A DNA stretch of 64,000 bases from an uncultured Candidatus Binatia bacterium (GTDB taxonomy: Bacteria; Desulfobacterota; Binatia; UBA9968; CAXXLF01). Shown here piece by piece: positions 19,634 through 31,564 of this stretch. The position numbers and the translations under genes were made by a program. Numbering within the stretch: position 1 is the first letter of the stretch; each line of letters begins with the position of its first letter. The notes beneath the pieces are model-generated. The model searched no databases and was not told where the DNA came from. It worked only from the letters and a program-made list of their open reading frames with translations. The stretch lies in the NCBI GenBank assembly GCA_965218425.1, contig OZ244621.1, positions 864,001-928,000 of the forward strand, in the 5' to 3' direction.

Positions 19634-20812
19634 CTAAACCTCTAGGAATTTTGCTGCATGAGTCAGGTTTCGGTTGCCCCTAGGGGTGACCAACACGACA
19701 TCTTCCAATCGGACCCCACCCATTCCCATATAGTAAAGTCCAGGCTCCACCGTAACCACGTGTCCGGTTCGAAGCGTTGACTCGACCCCACCGATCCGGG
19801 GGATTTCATGGATGTCCAAACCCAAGCCATGTCCCGTGCCATGAAAAAACCCCTGCATCCTGCCGTTAAGTTTTCCCGTGGGAAAGCCCTGTTGCTGGAA
19901 AAGGTCTAGGATTTTTCGGTGGACCTCGTGACCGTTGACCCCATCCCGGATGAGGCGAAATCCAATTTCCTGCCCCTGACGCACGGTTTCGTAAGCTTCC
20001 TTCAGGCGCTCCGAGGCCCGACCCCGCACCAGAGTCCGGCTAAGATCTCCAAAGTATCCCGTTTCCTGAGAGCGTGGGAATATATCGAATACAATGGACG
20101 TGTGAGCCTTGATAGGACCGTAGCCCTCGTTGTGAGGATCGCAACACTGGTTTCCAGAGGCCACAATGGTGTGGCTGGGGACCCACCCTTCTGCCATGAT
20201 AGCAGTATTGACCACGGTTTTGATAGCCTCGGACGTAAGTCTCCGCCCGTAAAGATAAAGATAGCCATCCTTGCCAATCCTTGATCGTCTCAGGGCATCG
20301 ATTCCGGCGTCCAATCCCACCTCGGCGATCCGAATAGAGTCCCGAATCTTTCTTACCTCTCCGTTGGTCTTTATCTCCCTGTCATCGAAAAAGGGGTCCT
20401 TCTGAACCACCACGTCAAAGCCACTGAACCTCAGCCGGTCGGCCAGGAGAATTGGAAAATTTGAAGGAACCAGGAGAGAACCAACGCCCCTATCTTTGAA
20501 AATGAGCCCCAACACATCCACAATGGTGACATTCGCCTTACCCCCATTTCGCAGGCGCCTTTGGTATCCGGAAAGGGAAAGTACGGCGTGCACCTTGGCC
20601 TGTTTTTTTGCCCGGTCAAGCTCCAGGTCGCTCATCACCAGGTATTTCCTTCCCCGATGCTGGAAAAAAATAAATGGATCTGGGGCAAAGAAGCTGGTAG
20701 CATAGAGGATATTGGAATCGATTTCACTCGCCGCTACGATCAGACGGGCTCTCCCTTTATCCAACGGCCTCCTGGGCCGGGACGACCCCTTACGGGATCT
20801 GTGTCTCTTCAT
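19634..20812 (-). CDS. Xaa-Pro peptidase family (M24B)
   Basis: DPH, FDIFP, GDLSRT, HGTGHGLGLDIHE, TVEPGLY, GVRLEDVV. Confidence 0.9.
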   Translation of the reverse strand: MKRHRSRKGSSRPRRPLDKGRARLIVAASEIDSNILYATSFFAPDPFIFFQHRGRKYLVMSDLELDRAKKQAKVHAVLSLSGYQRRLRNGGKANVTIVDVLGLIFKDRGVGSLLVPSNFPILLADRLRFSGFDVVVQKDPFFDDREIKTNGEVRKIRDSIRIAEVGLDAGIDALRRSRIGKDGYLYLYGRRLTSEAIKTVVNTAIMAEGWVPSHTIVASGNQCCDPHNEGYGPIKAHTSIVFDIFPRSQETGYFGDLSRTLVRGRASERLKEAYETVRQGQEIGFRLIRDGVNGHEVHRKILDLFQQQGFPTGKLNGRMQGFFHGTGHGLGLDIHEIPRIGGVESTLRTGHVVTVEPGLYYMGMGGVRLEDVVLVTPRGNRNLTHAAKFLEV

Positions 20813-21096
20813 TCGGGAATCCTGTTTTTTTGAGGCATAGCGAGGAATCAATTACGGGCACCGCCCGATGGGGCCGAATAACTCTAAGCTACCAATTTCG
20901 CTGTTATATCTCAAGGACAAAGTGCGAGGACCCATTCATCTTTTCTGTTGACACCCACATTCCTTTGTACTTATGTATGCCCAAAACTCGATATTCAATG
21001 AATAAGACTGGAAAACCATAGCGAGCAACTTGCCGCGAAATATTTGGAACAGGATTTGAAATCGAGGAGAAAATATAAAGTGAGGCCGCATTAACC

Positions 21097-22647
21097 ATGG
21101 GTCTAAAAGAAAACCTGGAAAGGCTGAATCTGCTGAACCAACAGGCCGAATTGGGGGGAGGTCAGAACAGAATCGACCGTCAGCGGGAACAAGGCAAACT
21201 CCTGGCTAGGGAGCGAATTGATATTCTTTTAGACCACGGCAGCTTCGTGGAACTAGACCGTTTCAGGACCCACGACTGTTCCGACTTTGATATGGACAAA
21301 CAGAAGTATCCGGGCGACGCCGTAGTGACAGGTTACGGCTCCATTGAGAGTAGAACGGTCTATGTCTATTCCCAAGATTTCACTGTCTTTGGCGGGAGTC
21401 TCAGTGCGGTGGTTGCAGAAAAGATATGCAAAGTGATGGACCTGGCTCTCCAGAACGGAGCTCCAATCTTCGGCATCAATGACTCCGGAGGGGCCCGCAT
21501 TCAAGAGGGAGTGGCCAGCCTTGCGGGTTATGGGGATATCTTTCAAAAGAACGTCATGGCCTCAGGCGTGGTCCCGCAGATTTCCGCAATCATGGGACCT
21601 TGTGCCGGCGGGGCAGTTTACTCCCCTGCCATCACCGATTTTATCTTCATGACCAAAACAAGCAGCTACATGTTCATCACCGGGCCAGATGTTATCAAGA
21701 CGGTCACTCACGAGGAGGTGTCGAAAGAAGACCTGGGAGGCGCAGAGACCCACAACACCAAAAGCGGTGTGGCCCACTTTTCGGCGGAAAATGAAAAGGA
21801 ATGTCTCTTGATGATGCGGGAACTCATGGATTTCCTGCCCAGCAACAACCTAGAGGAACCTCCTTTCCATCCCACGGACGACGACTTGCTGAGACGCGAG
21901 GCAAAACTCAAAGAACTGATCCCGGATAATCCAAACCGCCCCTATGACATGAAAGAACTAATTAGTGCGGTGGTGGACGAGGGATATCTCTACGAAGTGC
22001 AGCGTGACTTTGCTCCCAACATCCTGGTCGGTTTCGCCCGCCTCGGCGGGTGGCCCGTTGGTATTGTGGCAAATCAACCCGCTCATCTGGCCGGGTGCCT
22101 GGACATCGATGCATCGGTCAAGGCCGCCCGTTTTATCCGGTTTTGTGATTGTTTTAATATCCCCTTGGTAACGTTTGTGGACGTCCCTGGTTTTTTGCCC
22201 GGCACAACTCAAGAATACGGCGGAATTATCCGGCATGGGGCCAAGCTCCTATACGCCTATGCGGAGGCTACCATCCCCAAGCTCACCGTGATTACGCGTA
22301 AGGCCTACGGTGGGGGGTACATCGTAATGTCTAGCAAGCATTTGCGCGGTGACATTAACATTGCTTACCCCACAGGCGAGATCGCGGTAATGGGCCCCGA
22401 GGGGGCTATCAACATCGTGTCGCGCCACGAATTGGAAAAGGCCGAAGATCCGGTAAAGGCCAGAGAAGAACTGGTGGAGAACTATCGGCAGACGTTTGCG
22501 AATCCGTTCAAGGCCGCGGAGCAGGGTTACGTTGACACGGTCATTGCCCCGGAGGATACTCGCCCAACCCTCATTCGTTCCCTAGAGATGTTGAAGAGGA
22601 AGCGGGTCAATAACCCACCTAAAAAACATGGGAACATACCGTTATAA
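21097..22647 (+). CDS. pccB: Acyl-CoA (propionyl/methylmalonyl-CoA) carboxylase carboxyltransferase subunit
   Basis: [54 protein letters not shown]. Confidence 0.9.
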   Translation: MGLKENLERLNLLNQQAELGGGQNRIDRQREQGKLLARERIDILLDHGSFVELDRFRTHDCSDFDMDKQKYPGDAVVTGYGSIESRTVYVYSQDFTVFGGSLSAVVAEKICKVMDLALQNGAPIFGINDSGGARIQEGVASLAGYGDIFQKNVMASGVVPQISAIMGPCAGGAVYSPAITDFIFMTKTSSYMFITGPDVIKTVTHEEVSKEDLGGAETHNTKSGVAHFSAENEKECLLMMRELMDFLPSNNLEEPPFHPTDDDLLRREAKLKELIPDNPNRPYDMKELISAVVDEGYLYEVQRDFAPNILVGFARLGGWPVGIVANQPAHLAGCLDIDASVKAARFIRFCDCFNIPLVTFVDVPGFLPGTTQEYGGIIRHGAKLLYAYAEATIPKLTVITRKAYGGGYIVMSSKHLRGDINIAYPTGEIAVMGPEGAINIVSRHELEKAEDPVKAREELVENYRQTFANPFKAAEQGYVDTVIAPEDTRPTLIRSLEMLKRKRVNNPPKKHGNIPL

Positions 22648-22730
22648 GACAGGGACGGAGACAGAGCAAGAAAAAGGAAGCTTAATTCTTTTCCCTATCA
22701 CTGTCTCTATCTCTGTCTCTTTCTATTCAT

Positions 22731-24269
22731 ATGTTTAAACGCATCCTGATTGCCAATAGAGGTGAGATTGCCGTCCGGATTATCCGTGCCTGTAAAGAGC
22801 TGGATATAGAAACGGTGGCGGTCTATTCCGAGGCCGACCGAGACGCTCTGCACGTGAAGTATGCGGATTACGCCTATCTCGTGGGTCCGCCCCCATCGCT
22901 GGAGAGCTATCTTGCCATTGACCGTATTCTGGAGGCGGCAAAAAAGAGTTCTGCAGAGGCCATCCACCCAGGCTACGGATTTCTGGCCGAGAACCCGGAA
23001 TTTGCCCGCAGATGCCAGGAAGAGGGCGTTGTGTTTATCGGCCCCCCTGCCGAGGTCATCGATCAGATGGGGGATAAGGTTAAGGCAGGCGAGATCATGA
23101 AAGCCGCGGGAGTTCCCGTCATTCCCGGGTCGGGGAAGGTGTTGACCTCTGAAGAAGAAGTCCTTGAGACAGCCCAGGCCATTGGCTACCCCCTGATGTT
23201 AAAGGCGGCTGCCGGCGGTGGCGGCAAAGGACTGAGATTGGTCCGCTCGGCTCGGGAGATCCAGTCCGCCTACCGCGCGGTGCGCTCGGAGGCACAATCT
23301 TCATTCGGAGATTCCCGCCTCTATGTGGAGAAGTATCTCGAGCGATGTCATCATGTGGAAGTCCAGATCATCGGCGATCAACATGGAAGGGTGATCCATC
23401 TCTACGACAGGGAATGTTCTATTCAGCGCCGGCACCAAAAAATAATCGAGGAATGCCCAGCACCCACCTTAGACAAATGGGTCAGGCGAAACATCGGTCG
23501 GGTAGCCGTGCAGGGGGCTAAGGCCGTTAACTACGTGGGGCTCGGCACCTTGGAATTTCTTTTGGATTCGGACAGAAATTTTTATTTTCTAGAGATGAAC
23601 ACCCGCCTGCAGGTAGAACATGCCGTGACCGAAAGGGTCATTGGAATCGATCTGGTCAAGGCCCAAATCGAGGTGGCAGCCGGGACCCGTCTTCCCTGGC
23701 GTCAACGCCATATCAGACTGACAGGTCATGCCATCGAATGCCGAATCTATGCGGAGGACCCGGAAACCGATTTTATGCCTTGCCCAGGGAAGATCGAAGG
23801 GCTGCGGCTACCCGAAGGTCTCGGCGTTCGCAATGATTGCGGGGTTTATGAAGGTGCTGAGGTCCCCATCTACTACGACCCCATGATCGCCAAACTGATC
23901 GTATGGGGAGAAAATCGAATGGAGGCCCTCTTCAGGATGCGCAGGGCCCTGCGCGAATACCAGGTGAGAGGGATCAAAACCAACATTCCGTTTCACCAGT
24001 GGATATTGCGCCATCCTCGCTTCATGGCCGGTGACCTGAACACGGCCTTTATCGACGACGAGCACGGATCCAGGGGAAAGGAAGAGCTCTATCCTCACCG
24101 GCATGTGGCCCTGGCATCGGCAGCCATAGCGGCCCTTCACCGAGAAGAGGAGCAGGCCCTTCAGGTTCTGCAACAAGGCGCCAATGAAAAATCCGAATGG
24201 CGCGAAACGGGAAAAAGGGAATCCCTTCGGCGGGCAGCCAATTTAATGGTTCAGAAAACGAAATGGTAG
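22731..24269 (+). CDS. accC: Biotin carboxylase subunit
   Basis: ILIANRGEIAVR, HPGYGFLAEN, RECSIQRRHQK, FLEMNTRLQVEH, YDPMIAKL. Confidence 0.92.
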   Translation: MFKRILIANRGEIAVRIIRACKELDIETVAVYSEADRDALHVKYADYAYLVGPPPSLESYLAIDRILEAAKKSSAEAIHPGYGFLAENPEFARRCQEEGVVFIGPPAEVIDQMGDKVKAGEIMKAAGVPVIPGSGKVLTSEEEVLETAQAIGYPLMLKAAAGGGGKGLRLVRSAREIQSAYRAVRSEAQSSFGDSRLYVEKYLERCHHVEVQIIGDQHGRVIHLYDRECSIQRRHQKIIEECPAPTLDKWVRRNIGRVAVQGAKAVNYVGLGTLEFLLDSDRNFYFLEMNTRLQVEHAVTERVIGIDLVKAQIEVAAGTRLPWRQRHIRLTGHAIECRIYAEDPETDFMPCPGKIEGLRLPEGLGVRNDCGVYEGAEVPIYYDPMIAKLIVWGENRMEALFRMRRALREYQVRGIKTNIPFHQWILRHPRFMAGDLNTAFIDDEHGSRGKEELYPHRHVALASAAIAALHREEEQALQVLQQGANEKSEWRETGKRESLRRAANLMVQKTKW

Positions 24270-24293
24270 GGCCCTCCTCGGACCCAACAGACT

Positions 24294-24797
24294 ATGGCCT
24301 TCATCGCTAAGCTGGGCGATCAGACCTACACCGTAGAGATCGAAGAAATCGGCAAGTCTCTTTACCGGGTGGCCGTGGACGGCAACGAGATCCTCGTTGA
24401 CGGGAAGAAGACGGGTCGAAGCAACTTCTCCCTCATTATCAACAACCGATCCTTCGAGGTGGACGTGGACATCTCCGAGCCGGAATACCGGGTTTTGGTG
24501 GATGGGCGGAGCTATCACATCGACCTTATGGACGAGCGTCGCATGCGTGTGGGTGGATTTCAATCCGGGATTCAACTGCAGGGCAGGCAAAATATCTCAG
24601 TCCCCATGGCAGGAAGGGTCATCGCCGTTCTGGTCAACGAGGGGGACCAAATCGAAAAAGGTCAAGGACTAGTCATCGTCGAGGCCATGAAGATGGAAAA
24701 CGAGGTGCGTTCCCCCATCCAGGCTGAGGTAAAAGAAGTCAAGGTAAAAGCCGGACAAGCTGTGGAAGCTGGCGAGCTCCTCGTCGTCGTGGAATAG
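24294..24797 (+). CDS. Biotin carboxyl carrier subunit
   Basis: EAMKMENE biotinylation motif. Confidence 0.92.
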   Translation: MAFIAKLGDQTYTVEIEEIGKSLYRVAVDGNEILVDGKKTGRSNFSLIINNRSFEVDVDISEPEYRVLVDGRSYHIDLMDERRMRVGGFQSGIQLQGRQNISVPMAGRVIAVLVNEGDQIEKGQGLVIVEAMKMENEVRSPIQAEVKEVKVKAGQAVEAGELLVVVE

Positions 24798-24959
24798 GTA
24801 TTTCAGACCTAGACCTTTCCAGCAGCCGAATTAGGCTTTATCAATTTTGCATCTCGCCGGGCCGTCCGTGAATTAAAATCCCAATTCCGAAGCCCGAAAT
24901 CTCAAACAAACCAAAACACTGAAATCCAAAACTAGATTGTTTGGAATTCTCTTGATCAT

Positions 24960-25721
24960 CTAGTCTTCATCCCCATCTCTTCTCTGTGCGAAATAAGCCA
25001 CACCGATACTCACCCCATATAGGGCTGTGAGCGGCAGCGCCAGCAGGATCTGCGAGACAACATCAGGCGGCGTCAGAATAGCTCCCAAGGCAAAAATGAC
25101 AATAAGCGCGTAGCGAAACTGTCGGATCAAAAAAAGATGATCGATCAGCCCGACACGGGTGAGGAAGAAGGCAAACACCGGCAGTTCAAAAACAACCCCG
25201 AAAGCCAAGAGCAGCTTTGAGGAAAAGGATAAATACTCACCTATTCTAATGTTAGGCTCCACCTCCATGGACTCATAGGTTTTGAGCAGAAACCCAAAGC
25301 CAACGTTAAATATCACTTCATAGCAGAACCAGGCTCCCGCGAAAAAAAAGAGCGTGCCGAAAAAGACAAAGCCTCGTGCATAGCGCACCTCGTGTGCGTA
25401 CAGGCCAGGGGCGACGAACTGCCAGATCTGCCACAGAATCACCGGAAGGGACAAGAATAGGGACGCAACAAAACTGACTTTGATTTTGACGAAGAACGCC
25501 TCAGGAACCCCGGTACCGATCAAGCTGAGACCAGGGGCTTCCAACGCCCTCAGGGGAGCCGCCAGGAAGGCAAAAATGTGTTCGGCAAAGGCAAAGGTCA
25601 CCAGAAAGGCAAGGACCACGGCCACGAGACACTTGATCAACCGAGACCGTAGTTCGTCTAGGTGTCCTAGAAAGGGCATCCTGGCATCGCCAGGCGCCCC
25701 GCTACCCGGTATGCTTTCCAC
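24960..25721 (-). CDS. tatC: Twin-arginine translocase TatC
   Basis: [31 protein letters not shown]. Confidence 0.95.
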   Translation of the reverse strand: MESIPGSGAPGDARMPFLGHLDELRSRLIKCLVAVVLAFLVTFAFAEHIFAFLAAPLRALEAPGLSLIGTGVPEAFFVKIKVSFVASLFLSLPVILWQIWQFVAPGLYAHEVRYARGFVFFGTLFFFAGAWFCYEVIFNVGFGFLLKTYESMEVEPNIRIGEYLSFSSKLLLAFGVVFELPVFAFFLTRVGLIDHLFLIRQFRYALIVIFALGAILTPPDVVSQILLALPLTALYGVSIGVAYFAQRRDGDED

Positions 25722-25959
25722 TCTGCTTCGAAGGTTGGACTGGGGTGGGTGATTCCTCGGCGGAGGCCTTGGAGCTAGTAGGATTCTCTATTTCCTCTTC
25801 CACTTCACGGAACTCGTCCTTCAGCTCGTCCGTGGTCCGGCGAAACTCGGCCAATCCCTTTCCCAGGGCACGCGCAATTTCTGGCAGCCTCTTGGGTCCC
25901 AGTACGATTAGGGCCACTGCGAGGATAAGAATCAACTCCGGCATGCCTATACCGAACAT
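25702..25959 (-). CDS. tatB: Twin-arginine translocase TatA/TatB family subunit
   Basis: MFGIGMPEL...[14 protein letters not shown]; directly upstream of tatC; TatA versus TatB is uncertain. Confidence 0.8.
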   Translation of the reverse strand: MFGIGMPELILILAVALIVLGPKRLPEIARALGKGLAEFRRTTDELKDEFREVEEEIENPTSSKASAEESPTPVQPSKQSGKHTG

Positions 25960-26063
25960 GGACGGCCTCCAACCCTTGTAACTAATTCATTTTCCAACGA
26001 TTCGCAACCTCTAGGGAAAGGACTTTACAGATCCCGACACGGAGTGGTACACAGGCAACCATC

Positions 26064-27089
26064 ATGTCACGTTCCGCAGTGGTCATCGACCCAGAATTTC
26101 TAAAACATGAACCGGGTGAGTTCCATCCGGAGCGACCGGAGCGCCTCAAAGCCCTTATGGACCTTATCAGTCATCTCCAAGGACAAACGGTTCAAATCCT
26201 CCCTCCCAGGCAAGCAAGATTAGCCGAGATCGAGACCTGCCATGGTAAACAGTACATCGATCTGATCCGATCCACCTCTGAAACCAACCGATTCGCTTTA
26301 GATGGAGACACGGTTACCTGCAGAGACTCCTTTGGCACCGCCCTACTAGCGGTAGGTGGATTTCTCAGGCTGTTGGAGTCCATGGCGGCCGGGGACTTCC
26401 AAAACGGATTTGCCATGGTGCGCCCACCAGGTCATCACGCAATGCGAGACCACGCCATGGGATTCTGCCTATTCAATACCGTGGCCATCGGCGCACAGTT
26501 TCTGCGGACTCAATACAGTGCAAAGCGTATCCTGGTCATGGACTGGGACGTCCATCATGGAAATGGGACTCAGGACAGTTTCTATTGGGACCCCTCGGTC
26601 CTCTATATTTCCACCCACCAGTATCCCTATTACCCCGGCACCGGCGCAATGGACGAAGTCGGTGTGGAAAAAGGAGAAGGGTTTACTGTTAACATTCCCC
26701 TGCCTCAAGGCTGTGGAGATGAGGAATATATCGGGGCCTTCAACCGGATTGTTTTGCCCATTGCGGCGAAGTATGAACCAGAGTGGATCTTGGTCTCTGC
26801 GGGGTTTGACCCCCACCGGCAAGACCCCTTAGGAGGAATGCTCGTCACCGAGGAAGGCTTCGCCACCATGGCTTCGCTGCTCCTCAACCTGGCACAAAAA
26901 TTCGCAGGCGGAAAGGTCGCATTTTTGCTCGAGGGAGGCTATAATCTAAAGGCACTGAAAAGCTCCGTTAGTGCTGTTCTGCGGATAATATCAGGCGAGC
27001 AACAGATCAAGCGGCATCCCCTGATAGATGGAAAGAATATAGAAGTCATCATCCGCAAAATCCTCAGAGTTCAGGAATCCTACTGGTAG
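26064..27089 (+). CDS. Histone deacetylase-family Zn deacetylase
   Basis: HPERPER, RPPGHHA, GFC, DWDVHHGNGTQ, SAGFD, LEGGY. Confidence 0.93.
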   Translation: MSRSAVVIDPEFLKHEPGEFHPERPERLKALMDLISHLQGQTVQILPPRQARLAEIETCHGKQYIDLIRSTSETNRFALDGDTVTCRDSFGTALLAVGGFLRLLESMAAGDFQNGFAMVRPPGHHAMRDHAMGFCLFNTVAIGAQFLRTQYSAKRILVMDWDVHHGNGTQDSFYWDPSVLYISTHQYPYYPGTGAMDEVGVEKGEGFTVNIPLPQGCGDEEYIGAFNRIVLPIAAKYEPEWILVSAGFDPHRQDPLGGMLVTEEGFATMASLLLNLAQKFAGGKVAFLLEGGYNLKALKSSVSAVLRIISGEQQIKRHPLIDGKNIEVIIRKILRVQESYW

Positions 27090-27120
27090 ACAGGCATATT
27101 GCTCCATCTAATTAATTTTG

Positions 27121-27149
27121 TTGACGGCCAGGGCAGCCTAGATTATCCT
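27121..27149 (+). promoter_or_regulatory. Putative sigma70 promoter of fabF-fabH
   Basis: TTGACG-17 bp-TATCCT. Confidence 0.55.
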
Positions 27150-27172
27150 AATACATTCATGGGGTTATAACG

Positions 27173-28423
27173 ATGAGTGAGCCGAATCGCAGAGTCGTTG
27201 TCACAGGCTTAGGACTCGTTACCCCTTTGGGTACCGGGGTAGAAACCAACTGGGAAGCCATTGTTGCTGGGCGCTCCGGGGTCCGGCCCATCACGAGATT
27301 TCCCAACGTAGAGTTCATGGCCGCACGCATAGCAGGGGAAGTGGCCGACTTTCGGGCTGAAGATTTCATCGATCCCAAAGAGATCAAGAAGATGGATCTC
27401 TTCATTCAATACAGTGTTGCCGCAGCTGAGATGGCGATGCGAAGCAGTGGATTGAAGATCGACCCAGAAGAGGCCCATCGTGCGGCAGTCATTATCGGAG
27501 TCGGTCTGTGCGGCATTGCCACCATCGAATATTATCAGCAGGCGTATATGGAGGGGGGACCTCGAAAGATATCGCCCTTCTTTATTCCCAAAGTGATTTC
27601 CAACCTAGCGCCAGGTCAGATTGCCATCCGACATGGCGCCAAAGGAGTTAATTGGACACCCACATCCGCCTGCGCATCGGGGAACCACGCTATCGGAGAG
27701 GCCTTTCACCTGATCAAGCGCGGCGTACAGGACGCCGCCATCGCAGGAGGTGCGGAGTCGGCCATTACACCCCTTGGTGTCGGCGGATTTGCCGCCATGA
27801 AGGCGCTTTCCATACGCAACGACGACCCCGAACGGGCGAGTCGACCCTTCGATAAGGACCGGGACGGATTTGTCATAGCAGAGGGTTCCGGCGTCTTGAT
27901 CCTCGAGGAAAGGGAGAGAGCTCTCAAGCGAGGTGCCAACATTTTGGCAGAAGTGATTGGCTATGGAGCCAACGGGGACGCCTACCATATCACTTCGCCA
28001 TCACCTGATGGCGAGGGTGCTGCCCGTTGCATGGATTTGGCCCTCCAGGACGCGGGGATCGAACCAACCGATATGGACTATATCAACGCTCATGGAACTT
28101 CCACGGAATACAACGACATCAACGAGACACAGGCCATCAAAAAGGTCTTTGGAGAGCACGCCCATAAAATCGCCGTCAGTTCCACAAAATCCATGACCGG
28201 TCACATGCTAGGGGCCGCCGGAGCGGTGGAAGGGGTCTTCACCGTCTTGGCCCTTCATCACGGAACCATTCCTCCAACCATAAATCACGAGACTCCCGAT
28301 CCACTTTGTGACTTGGATTATGTGCCCAATCAAGCACGAAAGGCCGACATCAAAGTGGCCCTCTCCAACTCCTTTGGATTTGGTGGGACCAACGCCTGCG
28401 TTATCTTCAGGAGGGCTGCATGA
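27173..28423 (+). CDS. fabF: 3-oxoacyl-ACP synthase II
   Basis: [38 protein letters not shown]. Confidence 0.95.
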   Translation: MSEPNRRVVVTGLGLVTPLGTGVETNWEAIVAGRSGVRPITRFPNVEFMAARIAGEVADFRAEDFIDPKEIKKMDLFIQYSVAAAEMAMRSSGLKIDPEEAHRAAVIIGVGLCGIATIEYYQQAYMEGGPRKISPFFIPKVISNLAPGQIAIRHGAKGVNWTPTSACASGNHAIGEAFHLIKRGVQDAAIAGGAESAITPLGVGGFAAMKALSIRNDDPERASRPFDKDRDGFVIAEGSGVLILEERERALKRGANILAEVIGYGANGDAYHITSPSPDGEGAARCMDLALQDAGIEPTDMDYINAHGTSTEYNDINETQAIKKVFGEHAHKIAVSSTKSMTGHMLGAAGAVEGVFTVLALHHGTIPPTINHETPDPLCDLDYVPNQARKADIKVALSNSFGFGGTNACVIFRRAA

Positions 28424-29415
28424 GACCACCCCAACACCGCACAGTGATCCTAGGCAGCGGTTCGGAACTGCCAACAAAGGTCGTAACCAATACGGATTTC
28501 GAAAAACTCATCGACACCAGCGACGAGTGGATCACCACTCGAACGGGCATTAAAGAAAGACGGGTCCTGGAAGACGGCAAGGGAACAGCCGACATGGCCT
28601 ATCATGCTTCCATGCGTGCCCTAAAAGCAGCAGGCATGGAAGCCAACGACCTCGATGCCATCATTGTAGGAACATGCACTCCGGACTACCCCATGCCCAG
28701 TTCCGCCTGTGTTCTCGAGGACATGCTGGGGGCACGAAAAGTCTTCTCCTTTGATATCAACGCGGCTTGTTCCGGTTTTCTCAACGCCCTGACAGTGACC
28801 GATTCCTTCGTTCGTACTGGAATGATCCGCAATGCCCTGGTGGTGGGATCCGATGTTCTGAGCCGGGTGCTCGATTGGCAGGATCGATCCACCTGCGTTC
28901 TGTTCGGTGATGGTGCGGGGGCCATTGTGGTTGGGGCTTCCGACGATGGGCAACGCGGTATTCTCAGTGCACGGCTGCGCACGGATGGCTCCTACGCTAA
29001 GACACTCTATGTTCCCGCTGGTGGCTCACTCCAACCGGCCAGTTTAGAGACCGTTGAGCGCAGGCAGCATACCATTACCATGAATGGGAAAGAGGTGTTT
29101 AAGATCGCGGTGCGCGCCATGGAAGAGATCAGCCGTGAAGTACTTGAGGAAGCCAACGTGAGTGTCGAGGAGGTTTCCCTGGTGATTCCCCATCAGGCAA
29201 ATCTTAGGATCATTAACGCTCTAGCAGAGCGCTTAAAAATGCCTCCGAAAAAGGTGGTGGTGAATGTCGACAAGTACGGCAACACTTCGGCGGCTTCCGT
29301 TCCCGTTGCACTGGACGAGGCCTGGCGGCAGGGTCGTATCGCCGCAGGAGATACAGTCCTTCTCAATTCCTTCGGTGCTGGATTTGCCTGGGGGGCCGTG
29401 CTGATCAGGTTTTAA
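28420..29415 (+). CDS. fabH: 3-oxoacyl-ACP synthase III
   Basis: [43 protein letters not shown] overlap with fabF. Confidence 0.95.
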   Translation: MRPPQHRTVILGSGSELPTKVVTNTDFEKLIDTSDEWITTRTGIKERRVLEDGKGTADMAYHASMRALKAAGMEANDLDAIIVGTCTPDYPMPSSACVLEDMLGARKVFSFDINAACSGFLNALTVTDSFVRTGMIRNALVVGSDVLSRVLDWQDRSTCVLFGDGAGAIVVGASDDGQRGILSARLRTDGSYAKTLYVPAGGSLQPASLETVERRQHTITMNGKEVFKIAVRAMEEISREVLEEANVSVEEVSLVIPHQANLRIINALAERLKMPPKKVVVNVDKYGNTSAASVPVALDEAWRQGRIAAGDTVLLNSFGAGFAWGAVLIRF

Positions 29416-29564
29416 TAAGCAACCTGCTTTTATTATTGGGTTCAGCCGCCGAGAACCCAGGATGTCCCCCACCCAACCTCGGGTCAGCCTCCCCTGGAAG
29501 ACCACAGGGGGCTCGCCTATGGGCAAACCAGCCAGCCATTGCCGTATTTTGGGAAAGACCAACC

Positions 29565-30200
29565 ATGCCCGACTCACGTGGCTCGCAAATACTCTTGGCT
29601 TTGGCCACCATCTTGGCATCCAGTATCTTTCTATTTACTCCCTTCCTATCTATAGGTTGGCAACCTGGATGAGTTTGCCACCCCGTTCTCGATTATCCCG
29701 AGTCTCTACCTTCGCCCGGCAATATCTGTCATAAGGACACTAGGGTTGGTGGGCATAATCCTGCCCGCCTCTATTTTTTCCCCGCTACCTGACTCTTCTT
29801 GCGGTCATCAGCCTTTTGGTTTGGTTCCAGGGATACACAATCGTGTGGAATTATGGGGTGCTGGATGGCCGTGCAATCGATTGGAAAATTGGTATGTGAC
29901 GGGGTTGGTTAGATCTGGGAATCTGGCTTGGTGCCATCCTGACGGCCACCTACTATTACCCCCCGGGTTGGAAAGACAATGGTCGTCGCTGCCATAGCGA
30001 TTTTCTTTTTGCAATTAACCTATTCCCTGATTAATGCTGCACAGAATACGTCTCCATTGCTCGCGAAATCTCGGAGCAAGCCAACCGTCGGCGCGCTGAA
30101 GGAGATCTACAGGTTTTCGGCGCATAAAAACGTCCTGCACCTGATACTGGATGGATCTCAGTCCAACGTATTTGAGGAGACTATTGACAACAAACTTGTC
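29565..30200 (+). pseudogene. Membrane-anchored sulfatase-like hydrolase/transferase relic (N-terminal part)
   Basis: Fragments VWNYGVLDGRAIDW and FSAHKNVLHLILDGSQSNVFEE in broken frames. Confidence 0.5.
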
Positions 30201-30546
30201 ACGAAACCATTTAGTCCTCATTCGTTTCGAGGTCTGATCGATAGTTTAAAATCCTCCATCCAAAGACTCACATGGCATCCTCCTTGATTCACCATTTAGC
30301 GATCTCTAATAATCTACCGCTGGATGCATAGCCAGGTTTTTTAGGCAAATATCCTCTTGGCTTATCATTGAACTCATCCCAAAAACGGATTCTCAGGTCG
30401 AAAGACTTCTTTTCACCAGGAAGGACGTATTCCACGAATACGCGCAGGAGAACTTTGAAGCGGAATTCGGCAATCTATTTTTGATACATGATTCTGTGAA
30501 GATACACGACTCTCAGCGCACCCTCTACCTGATGCAAGGGAAATGA
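30200..30546 (+). pseudogene. NoeA-like SAM-methyltransferase relic (middle and C-terminal scraps)
   Basis: GLIDSLKSSIQRLTW joined to LIHHLAISNNLP, then WLIIELIPKTDSQVERLL..RKDVF...RTLYLM*; not in the ORF track. Confidence 0.55.
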
Positions 30547-30604
30547 TATTGGGTAGCGTAAGATATCTTTTTAGCCTGTCACTCCGAAACCGTTAGTGAC
30601 CCTC

Positions 30605-31276
30605 TTATTTTTCAAACCCCATCTTACGACCCCAGCTCACGGGGTCTGCTAAAAAATCTTGAATCTCCCGGCTAGCCTGATCGCTGAAATACTTTTTACT
30701 GAGTCCCGTATTCAACACGTGATCCCAAGTGACGAGGCTATGGAGCTCGATGTTGTGTTCTGCCAGCTTCTTCCTTCCCTCGTGAAGGTTCAGTCGATTC
30801 AAACTGTATTCAAACACGCACAGGCAATGGGTGATGGCAGCTCCCTCGGCACGAATACCATCGTTAAATCCCAATTTACTCTTTCCGTCCGTGATCAAGT
30901 CCTCCACCAGCAGGACCCGCTGCCGGGCTTCCAAAACACCTTCAATCTGTTTGCTCTGACCATAGCCTTTGGCGGCCTTCCTCACGTAGATCATGGGCTT
31001 ACCGATCTTCAGGGAAACAAACGCCGCGTAGGGAATTCCCGCGGTTTCTCCTCCGGCAATGACATCGATGGCTTCCGGACCAATGTCTCTCTTAACGCTG
31101 ATTGCCAAATGTTCGACGATGTGGTCCCTCACCTTGGGAAAGGACAGCAATCGACGGCAGTCGACGTATACAGGGGAGACCCTCCCTGAGACGAAAACAA
31201 AAGGACGGTCCCGGTAAACTTGAACTGAACCGGTCTGTAAAAGCCCTTCAGCGATTCTCTCTTGAAATTCTTCCAT
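30605..31276 (-). CDS. pyrE: Orotate phosphoribosyltransferase
   Basis: SGRVSPVYVDCR, GGETAGIP, YVRK, LLVEDLITDGKSK; RBS GAGGAG before ATG 31276. Confidence 0.9.
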   Translation of the reverse strand: MEEFQERIAEGLLQTGSVQVYRDRPFVFVSGRVSPVYVDCRRLLSFPKVRDHIVEHLAISVKRDIGPEAIDVIAGGETAGIPYAAFVSLKIGKPMIYVRKAAKGYGQSKQIEGVLEARQRVLLVEDLITDGKSKLGFNDGIRAEGAAITHCLCVFEYSLNRLNLHEGRKKLAEHNIELHSLVTWDHVLNTGLSKKYFSDQASREIQDFLADPVSWGRKMGFEK

Positions 31277-31564
31277 GAAACTGTCCACTCCTCGAAGACC
31301 TCCACTCGGATTGCCCTCCGACTTGGAACTGGCTTTGGGCATCCATCTCACCTGTACAATCCGCGTGGGCGTCCGTTTAGTGCAAATCCGGCGGTCCTCC
31401 ATCCCACCGGACATGGGACCGATCCGCAATCTCACCCCTCCTACCACCTCTATTTGACACCCGCAAGTATGGATTTGCTTTAGCCAGTCGATACACGAAA
31501 CAACCGGGCGGATAGATGAGAACGGGAAGTCAAAGAGATCGTATCCCGCCAAGAAGGAACTAAT

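Noticed and set aside
27173..29415. fabF-fabH as a type II PKS cluster
   Set aside because: Canonical fatty-acid synthase motifs; no ACP, chain-length factor or tailoring genes adjacent
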